From Phallusia mammillata (lineage: Eukaryota), in contig OZ281500.1 in NCBI GenBank assembly GCA_965637545.1, positions 8,060,001 through 8,124,000 of the forward strand: a stretch of DNA of 64,000 nucleotides. Direction: 5' to 3'. A program made the translations under genes and the position numbers. The notes beneath the pieces were generated by a model, which was given only the letters and a program-made list of their open reading frames with translations, searched no databases and had not been told where the DNA came from. Positions 27,690-37,300 of this stretch are shown here, piece by piece (position 1 is the stretch's first letter; the number at the start of each line of letters is the position of its first letter).

Positions 27690-28355
27690 GGTGATAATTT
27701 CACATTACGATTTAGCCGATTATTAAGCAATATTTTGACAAATGAGGCGTATAATAACCTGAAACAACCCTTGTTATCCAGTCACATACACTAAATAAAC
27801 ATCTCGCAAGCTTTTGTAAATCAATATTCAGAATTATTTGGAGCGATGTGCACGGCAATAAATAACCTAAACAAACCAGGACAATGCGGAAAACGAGGAA
27901 ACAGGTAATACACATTATATTTCGTTGAAAAACATAAAAAGGAAATGATATTTTGTCAAAGTGCTTTGTCGGTCAGTTTTAAAACGTTTGTTTTTCAAAC
28001 AATCGAAGAACCATTTAACTGTGGTGCTTTACCGCCATCTATTGGAGTTTAAAAATACCGGCTTTGTCTTAAGCAGAAAAATGCTCAAAAGAGACTCTGA
28101 TAAAGTAAATGTAATTTTCTGCTTTCTTCCAATACAACACGTAAAAGTTAAAACTTAATACACAAACAGAAATATTTCAATATTTTTTAACATTTCTATA
28201 ACTTTGCTCTTTGTGAAAATAAGAAGGTAGTTCCCCCAATTTTGCCCGCTCGAAACAAAAATCTTTGGCAAAAGTTTAGTGGCCAGTCGCGAACTGTGTT
28301 CCTTTGGTGACAATTTCGACTTGCCTTTTTTCGGTAACAGATGTGATGGTTCACA
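27690..28355. promoter_or_regulatory. Probable promoter region of RAD51AP1, possibly bidirectional with the ZMIZ 5'-most exon
   Basis: It lies immediately upstream of the RAD51AP1 ATG. A strong minus-strand donor (CCAAT|GTAAGT) at ~27686 points into the ZMIZ locus. Confidence 0.35.
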
Positions 28356-31300
28356 ATGACTAGAAGACAATCTGCAAGGTGAGTGTGTGCCATTTTGTAG
28401 TTATGTTTGTTAATCTAGTTAACAAAACGGAATGAAATGACCGACATTAAAATGTTTACATATTTTCAGATCTCATAGTTCCATTAATTACGCTAAGATT
28501 GGAGTTGACGATAATGCAAGTGATGGTTAGTAAATCCTTTGTTTTTTTTTGCATTGTATCTTTTCACATGCAGTGTTTACATGCGTTTTACAGACGATTT
28601 TGCAGAAAGTACCCCTCCAAAGAAAAGAGTTAAGCTAAAAAAGGAGATAAAGGCCACAGCAAAATCAAAAAGGTAAAAAGTCGATGAAGTATAAAATGAT
28701 TCCCAAAAAATTATCATAATTTTAACAAACCTAATATCAATTCCCAAACTGCAAATTTATTGTGTGTGACTCTACAGTTCCAGATTGCCAGAAAAAGCAA
28801 AGAAAAAGTTTGAGGAGGAAATCCAAAAAGCTCTCGAGTTATCTTTATCTGCCTCTCAGGTAGAAAAACAAATCAGTTTTACTTTTCTCACCACTAATTA
28901 ACAGTGCAACATTTAATATGCACAGGATTAACTATTCGCTTGGTGCACATGGTGAAACATAGGACTATTGAGAGCATCTTTAACTTGTTGCTACTTTTAG
29001 ATAGCCTGATGTACCATTATATCGTTTTGTGCACCTTAACATCACTTGTACAGCTTTTAATCACTCAACATTGTCTGGTGCACATTCATATGGCTTTGTG
29101 CACCTTTTTTTTATCACTTCATGCAGTTTTTGTAACTTGGTGGACCCAAACTTTGCTTGATATGATGGTGCACCAAGTGATCCAAATGATTATGCATATA
29201 TATTTTAATAGATACTGATTTACATTGTAATTTGAGTGTCATTAAGCTTATGCTTGCTTGGATACATTTGGTAGTACAAGTGCTTTTGTCTAGGGTGAAA
29301 AGAGTGCTGTCCAAACATCTGACACAGAGTTGGAAAACAAAGTTGAATCAGATGTGTCAAATAGATCCGGTTTATCAGACATGAAGTGAGTTTTTATTTG
29401 CATCAATTTTATAACATAAATTATTATATATATGCATATCTTGGTTTATCAACAAAAAGTATTTTCCGCCATATAATTTGCTGTTGCAGGGGTGCAATAT
29501 GCAATGTTCAAGATGAAATTGAAGTAGTAAGTAAAGAGGATTCAAAGAAATCTAAACTGAATAAAAATGATGATGACTATCAGCTGTCTGATAGCATTGA
29601 ATCAGATAGTGATGAAAAAGAAGGTAAATAGCTAATGTAAGAAAATATTGTGTTGTGCATTTGTACTAGTGGTCTACAAACTATGTATATTATCCTGTGG
29701 CTTTTATTTTTTGTGAAGTATAACATTTGCAGCAAACTATGTGTGAATTGTAGAATATGTTTTAGATATGAGCCAATTTCCTCTGGGGTGTATGCCCAGT
29801 TGTGACATCGCACAGACTAGGCGAGGCATGGGTTTTTACTCTGTTACTCCCAACAAACTGTAGTGCCGTGGTATGGCTACACTAGCCAATATGGCCGATC
29901 TCTCGCCCCACTGTAGCTTATCATTTATTGGCTTAATGCTTTTACATTGACATTTTAGATTTCATGTCAGAAAGTGATGATGGAGCAGAAAGTGACAACA
30001 GCTTTTCCAAACCAAAAGCCAAATTGAAAAGGAAGACAATGCCGAAAAACAATAAACCAACTAAATCCACCCAGAAAAAAACTTCAGTGAAAATAGAAGC
30101 AAAAAAGCCAACTAAGGGTGTTCTTAAGGAACAAACAAATGCGAAACATAAATTACCTGGTATGTCTAACCTGTTGTGTTTTTTTTACATAAACTGTATG
30201 GGTAGCTTTACTGTGTGTAAAATTTTGAAAATATATTTGCACTACTACTGGCCAGACATGGGGCAATTCATATTCGAATGCATTCGAATACAGGTTTACC
30301 ACCTTCGTGCTGTATTCGAATGATTTTGGCTTTTATTCGATAGTGCATGAATACAATTCGAATTGTTGATGTTAATTTTTGAGTAACAATTCACGATACA
30401 AAAGCTTGAATAAATTCATTCGAGTACAATTCGAATTGTTGTAGGTCTTTGCCAACTTAAGAATTCGTAAAATCGAATACATGACTACATTTTTACGAAT
30501 ACAATTTGAATTGTTGTCTGTCTTTGGTAACATAACAATTCGTAAAATCGAATACATGACTACATTTTTACGAATACAATTCGAATTGTTGTCTGTCTTT
30601 GGTAACATAACAATTCGTAAAATCGAATACACGACTACATTTTACGAATACAATTCGAATTGTCAATTACCTCCAGACTAGGAGTAGTCGAGAATATGTT
30701 GCCACATATTTTTGCCAAATAGATTCAAATTGACAATGATCTGTGACCTGATTTGACAAGTTTTGTTTATGTTACGAAACAATGACACATAGAAGTTTGT
30801 TTGTGACGTTACATAAATGGAATTGTGTTACAAAGCTTGCAACATTGGTTTGTTCTCAGCACATAGCGTGTTTGTGAAGCGAAAATCTCATGTTAATTAC
30901 ATCAGTCAAGCTAATGTGGCAAAACAAAGCTCGTTGGTTTACATTTTCACCAATAAATTTGCAATTCATAAACCCATATGTTACATTTTGTTCAAATACC
31001 ATTTGAGTTTCGGGGCGCTTTTATTTCTTTTATTTTCCACAACTACAAATACCCGAATCGGTGCATTCGAATGCTATTCGAATTGTTGGCTTCTTACAAC
31101 GACTGAACAATTCGTGAACACAAATAACTAGAACTATTATTTCGAATACAATTCGAATTGCTACATCTAAAACAGGAAGGAAGTATTCATCAATACGAAT
31201 ACACACTTGGGGTTTATTCGAATAGTATTCGAATTACACAGCGCTGTTTTTTTGTCAAACATTCATGAATACAAATACTTGAAACGTTTTATTCGAATAC

Positions 31301-31933
31301 AATTCGAATTGCTGTCACCTTAGCATTACGAAACAATTCGTGAATACAAATGCTTTACTGGCATTATTCGAATACAATTCGAATTGCTGAAATTAAAAAA
31401 GAGTGTAAGTATTCATGAATACGAATACATGGTTTGTTTTTTTCGAATAGTATTCGAATTACATGTCGTTGTGGTTTGGTCAACAATTCATGAATACAAA
31501 TACTTGACTCGTTTTATTCGAATACTATTCGAATTGCTGTCACTCAAAAATTACCAAAGTATTCATGAATTCGAATATAGTCATGCAGGTATTCGTAAAG
31601 TATTCGAATACAGGACGCGTGTATTCGACCCCATGTCTGCTACTGGCATTTATTGAGGAACATGGTTCTTTATTTTAGCACGTCCAAGTGTGCCGTCAGT
31701 GAAGACTTACCATACATCACCAGTCAGTCCTCTTCCTCAAAGAAAATGGAACCCCCCAGGTTATTGTACATGCTAGTTCTTTATTTGCAAAAGTTCTCTT
31801 TATGATTGAAATAATGTATTGTGACAGATGTATTGTTGGTTTTGCAGGTCTTGCTGGCTGTTCGAGTGTACGTGATGTTTCTTCTACTAAATCACCGAGC
31901 ACACTACGAATTGGATTGTCACGAAATGTGTGA
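28356..31933 (+). CDS. RAD51AP1: RAD51-associated protein 1 homologue, ~275 aa to the first stop (TGA 31931-31933); the frame stays open to TAA 31970-31972
   Basis: Exons 28356-28378, 28470-28525, 28594-28672, 28784 (or 28778)-28859, 29294-29385, 29490-29623, 29959-30159, 31679-31759, 31848-31933, all phase-consistent. Motifs match RAD51AP1: INYAKIG...SDDDF (human VNYSQF...SDDDF), FEEEIQKALELS (YQRDLEVALALS), an acidic/Lys-rich middle, RKWNPPG (KWVPPA) and KSPSTLRIGLSR (KSPNQSLRLGLSR). Confidence 0.88.
30270..30665 (+). repeat. 75-bp minisatellite, left array
   Basis: Near-perfect units start at 30466, 30541 and 30616 (CGTAAAATCGAATAC...), with more degenerate units upstream. Each carries GAATACAATTCGAATTG or a close variant. 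Confidence 0.9.
31040..31615 (+). repeat. 75-bp minisatellite, right array
   Basis: The palindrome ATTCGAAT recurs at about 31151, 31226, 31301, 31376, 31452, 31527 and 31602 (period ~75), in the same orientation as the left array. Confidence 0.88.
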
Positions 31934-32391
31934 TTAAAACCACTCCACCCTGCAGCGTCTACTAAAACCTAACAATTTGAAAGCCATGTGTTTTTTTGCC
32001 ACCACCTCCATGGTGGCACCAATGTACAAACATGCGCCATGGCTTTGGTTTGCATTATCTTCTTGTGGATTTTCAATTTTACCTCATTCAGATCCAAATC
32101 TGCCTTTGTATTGGATGTTAAGAACGGATTATATTTTATCCGGTAAAACATTTAAACGTGCGATTCGATTGCACTTTGACGACGCTTGTCTTCGTATTTG
32201 TTTAATACAGAACATTTTAAACTTTTCATTTACGTCGTATTTTTATTTTGAGAGGAGCTAAACCCAAAATAAATAGCGTTTTATTCACTAACATAATCTT
32301 AGGTTATTCACGACCCAAGTGCGCCCACCTACCTGATTACAAAATATCCAGAGGTGGGCGCTGCTGCTCAGGTTTAAGATGGTCGTGTGGT

Positions 32392-32430
32392 TACGTGATT
32401 GTCAAAAAAAAAAAAAATACGTGATTGTCA
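32392..32430 (+). mobile_element. Poly(A)-only retro-insertion footprint with 13-bp TSD
   Basis: TACGTGATTGTCA (32392-32404), then A13 (32405-32417), then TACGTGATTGTCA (32418-32430). Confidence 0.6.
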
Positions 32431-33159
32431 GTGGTGATACCAATGGTGATATTCTGACTTAGACCTTACAGTTAAAGACGGTTTTGAAACTATTACGGGA
32501 CTGTAAGGGCTGCTCTCAAATACGCAATCTATATGCATTTTACTAAAAAATCACATAAAAATCATGACGGTTAGGGCCAGAACATCCCTACATCAATTCT
32601 ATTTCTGCAAGAACATCTCTATATTAAATCAAACACGTCTATAAAGGCGACCTGTACAGAGGACATCGAATAATCGGTACAAACATACAATTGCCAGAAG
32701 AACTCTATATAGTTAAACAAATATAAGTTATGTTACGTATTTTTTAACTTGAAAAATTATTTGTAAATAATTGTTTGTGCAACCTGATTTTTTAATTTGA
32801 AAGCACCCGAATCAAACATTCGCTTTCGACCAGGATTTATTGTCTAGTAATCATTTTACTATATTTTTGTCTACGATTTTATTTTCAAGTAGGTAAACAA
32901 GCCCTCAATCCCTTCCAGGTAAAACCGGTTTGCACCAGATACATTTGTGGCGCAATTGCAGTCGTATCTGGGTCAAGTGAGTTCGATCTTTAATCTACTG
33001 ACCTTTGCTTAGCTTTTGTTTGTAATTGAGTAACGACCGTGTTCTTTTGTGTCTTCCTTAAGTGGTAAAGGTGTTTACCGACTGTTAAATTAATGTGGAA
33101 CTATGGTAGAATTATATTTAGTAAAAATTTAGCACTTACGGAAAACGATTATTCTACAT

Positions 33160-33545
33160 TAGAGTTTCTCAACCTGGTGGTCGCGACCCCAAAAGGGTTC
33201 GCCAAGCACTTTTGAGGGGGTCGCGAAGACTCGGGATGATTTTATCCGTATCATAAAACGAGTCTTCTGTTATCATAGTAACTCACACGACAGTTTGATT
33301 GGCACAACAGCATTTGTAATTAAATACTTCTATGAATTTGGTATTTGGCTTTTCTTTACATAAAAAGCAGTAAATAGTGAAAATGTTTATGGTGACGTGA
33401 ACCATGACCACAATTTTGAACGGGTTCGCTGCAGATCTAAAAGTCGAACTCTTACAGCGACATTTGATAGTAAATGGTAATGAGTACTCTGGTGTAGTGA
33501 AACTTCTTACATGCTTGCAAAGGGGGGAAAGGTTGAGAACCACTG
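33160..33545. mobile_element. Older hAT-Charlie-like MITE
   Basis: Ends TAGAGTTTCTCAACCT...GGTCGCGACCCC and AGGTTGAGAACCACTG resemble the CAGTGGTTCTCAACCT TIR family. No TSD match is left. Confidence 0.7.
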
Positions 33546-34399
33546 TCTTTTCAAAGCAGGCATATTAACTGCCATAGAAATCTTCTTTCAAAAAGTACGT
33601 TCTTTCATTGTTGATTAAAAATACACTAAACGCTGACCTAAATAGCTGCCTTGACCGCATGTTGGACCTTGTGTATGAGGTGTGGACTCAGCAGGTGCAA
33701 ATACAACTAATTTGCGTTTATCGTTTTCTAGCACATTTGAACGTGATAACACCATGTCAACTTGGACGATATCTCGACAGATTACATGGAGAACATTCGT
33801 AACTACATCAAAATACGTGTAGTTAAACCCCAGGTGGCACTAAAGCGACATCATTGTACTACATTGGTCTTAAACTCAGGTTATGTATTGATCATGTACA
33901 AAATGAAAGGTTAGGTTCGAAATAAGACACTTGGACATTTTGGTACAAAAACGGGGAAGAGGTGCCTGCCACGCCCAACACATTTTGTCTGAAGTTGCAG
34001 CAACACCGAATGCAGAAGGGGACTGTACACAATTATATACAATACATGATTTGGAATGAGAGGTCGTGTAAGAAAATGCACAAGAAGCGAAATGTACAGT
34101 GGTTTAGCGATTTAATTCAGGAATTTCAATGACTTTTATTGCTGAAAACTTTGGAAGTATGCGCAAAGCAAAATGTTTTTCTTGACAACAATTGCAGCAC
34201 AGTTTCTCACTAAAACTAACTGAAATTTGAAAGAGTAATGGTGACACACATAGCAATATTCCAAACCATTTCAACCACATATAGAAGACTGTGATATGGG
34301 CTTAACGAAAGCCAAAATGGACGTTTACTTCAAGGCAGTGTAGATGGGACAAAGACCAATACAGTTTCCGATAAAGCAAATCAGTTTTAGTCAGTACGT

Positions 34400-37300
34400 T
34401 TAGACATCGGAATTGTAGGACGGTGGATCTGACGTTTTTGAGGTGGTTGAATCGTCATCGTTTTCAGACTTTTTGCTGATGTTTATCAATTCCTTCGGTT
34501 CAACGTTTTCGGTATGTCGATATTTGTATTTAATTTTAGGATCCCGTGGACCCCAGTCTGGATCACACTTCAACAATTCCCGAACTCTCTGCAACAAAAT
34601 TCAACTTAAATATGCTATTGAATACAATTTACTAACGTTATGTGTTTCGTGCCTTGTGGTCGAACTCATTTCGTACCCTGCGTTATAATTGCACGATTTA
34701 CATTTTTGTGCTGCTGCTAAGAATACAAAGTTATGTAATATTGCGCGACATTTCCGTTTCTAAGTATCACCAAGTGGTTTGTTACCAATATTATTTGCGA
34801 ACAAACCTCGGTGAACGTTCCCTTTGCTCTTGGGTGGTAAAGAATTTGGTAAACTGCCCATCCAGGAATGGACAGAATAGAAAGCATGGCTGACAACCAA
34901 CCCAATGCTTCAGCCCACGATGGAAAAGCAACCCCATTGTAGGTTGCAGGACTGTAGAATGCCAAGTGTGTGATCATCAGAAGCTGAAAATATACGTGTT
35001 CACTTTAAAACTTAGCGTAGACTGTTTAACATAACTTACCAACAGTTGCCCAAGGTCATGCATTTCCACAATGTTTTAAAAATTTTACATTTGAAATTAG
35101 GTCTTTTTACAAAGCTATTGGTGATACCTATTGCTGTAAAGTTTTATTTAGCTGAAACATTATGGCCTAATCTGTTATTTTGGCGAGGTTTCACTTTCGG
35201 TCAGAACAAGCTTTACAATTTGTGAAATTACATTCAACCAATAGACACTCAAAAAGGTAACTGCTTTCAGTTTTAATTTAAAGCCTGTAATCCGGTTTTA
35301 GTACATCATGCGTTAATACAGTCACACTTTACACTTACGGCGCCCTTCCATTTTAACAATGACTAACATATTCTAAAACCAATCTATAAGCAGAAACACA
35401 TTGGTCCCAGACAAAATGTATGCGATAAATAGCTAACTACCATATGTTAGAAATTACGAACACAGCATATTGAAAACTTACAACTATGGTAAGTGGCGTC
35501 ATAATCATCCAGGCGAACCACCACCATTGCCAGAGCGCGGGTTTGTAGCCAATCATGCATTCAATGTCGTACAAGAAGCGCTTGACACCTGCAAGTACAT
35601 GCGCCGCATGGTGAAACTGTTTTTAGCAAATGACACGAATGGTTAAATTTGTGCATACCGTACACCCATGCGATACAGCCGATCTCACAGACCGCAGCTA
35701 TCATAAGAGAGAAACCAGATGCGTACCAATCAATCAAAGTCACCCAGTACATTCCGCTCTGCACGTGAAAAGAATAAGGACATGCAAAAAGGTTATGATA
35801 AAAAATATAGTTTTGTTGAAAAATTGAGTGTTTGAACTGAGCAGTATCGACTCTTTAACAGACAGCATGGTCATCGACGATATATTTCACATTGTTGCGT
35901 TTTATTTACTTTTGTTCTTCTTTTATTGATGTTTTATTTTGTGGTTTTATAGGAACTGGAGATGCCAATGAGGCGATATATGTAAATAAAATATATTTAA
36001 TGATATTGATCGACTGATTTCGTTACTAGTAAAACATTTTCCATTCTTGGTTTAGTTTAACGAACTAACCTCAGTCACCATAGGGATCGCTAAAATAAGT
36101 TGAATGAAACACATGGCGGCCAAAAATTTCACTCGATTTTTTCGGAAGATGGGGAACTCGTCAAACAAGCCGTTGACAACAGCCTCGATCATTCCAAACT
36201 TAATGAAGAAGAGAAAATGTTAGACGTAGTGCCAAAGCAGCATGATAAGTAAAATGCATTGCTGGAAATTGAAAGAGTAATGTTTGGTGCATAGCAAAGG
36301 CGGCGAATGCTTTTCCTGCTGGGGCTCTTGCAAAGCGAAAATCGTTTACTCAGCGAAAAATAAGTATTACATTTCAAATAAGCGGCAACAACATAAATGA
36401 AAATAATCGACATAACAATTGGCTCAGGTAAAAAAAGTTTTTTTTTACTGGCTTATATAAATGGTCCATGAGATTAAAATATTTTCTTACACGAGCATCG
36501 GAATTATCACCAATTAATTGCCTTGTTTTACTTTGTTATCTTTAAGCGCATTAACATTTTTTAGTATAGGGTAATCCGATATTAATATTATTACCAAGAA
36601 GAGAGCTCAATTAAATAGATAATAATGGTATTCGTATAGCAAAGTAGTATGACAAACAGCGATAATTTATCTTTATCACATTGTTTTTTGGCGGGTTGTA
36701 TGTTAATAAGATACGAATTGTTTTTCACAAGCAGTTAGCTGATGATGCGCTTGGTTCTGTCATAAAATGCCCGACGAAACAAATTGAAGTGGTCGGCAAA
36801 TCGTTTATCATGCACGTCGGATTCTCTTTGATCAAATCGTTTTCAGGCGTAATAAACAATTATCTTTTTATAGTTATCGCAAAGTCAGCTTTTGCGATGC
36901 GCGGCCCAACCCTGTCTAACGTCTGGAAAGACAAAACCAAGATTGCGAGCACCCAAATCCAAGATAGACAAACGCTTTGCCTCGCAGGAGCGCCGTTTTG
37001 TAGACGATGCACAGAAAAACACTATTGCGACCAGACAGTTATTACGAACTAAAAGCGTACACACAGTTGTTGACAAATTTGATTACCGGCTACCGAGGGG
37101 CAAAGGGCTTGCGAGTCGGAGAACCACCTCGCTCAACTCGTTGCTGCAGCCCGGGCCTGCCCCCTAACGGACACAGAAGTATAAAAAGGAAGATCTCGTG
37201 GTTAGTTTTCTCAGCCAGACACATCAACCACACCTCACCACAAATCACCACCAAGGAACCCCTTCTACCATTTTTCTACCTACCAGGGATCGTTTACAGC

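Larger units (their letters stand above)
30253..31639. mobile_element. Non-autonomous hAT-type DNA transposon (1387 bp) with internal 75-bp minisatellite, in RAD51AP1 intron 7
   Basis: 11-bp TIR CAGACATGGGG (30253-30263) / CCCCATGTCTG (31629-31639) and an exact 8-bp TSD CTACTGGC (30245-30252 and 31640-31647). No transposase ORF. Confidence 0.9.

Noticed and set aside
30270-31615. CRISPR-like array
   Set aside because: These are tandem 75-bp units without unique spacers, inside a eukaryotic intron and bounded by a hAT TIR/TSD; there are no cas genes.
31931-31933. Genome-wide reassignment of TGA
   Set aside because: CNOT7 ends at TGA (59688-59690) where its homologues end, and no other in-frame TGA occurs in the ~2,300 other codons reconstructed.
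31931-32300. Selenocysteine insertion at the RAD51AP1 TGA
   Set aside because: The downstream hairpin has no AUGA/GA kink-turn quartet and no apical AA, and the homologous residue is Arg, not Cys.
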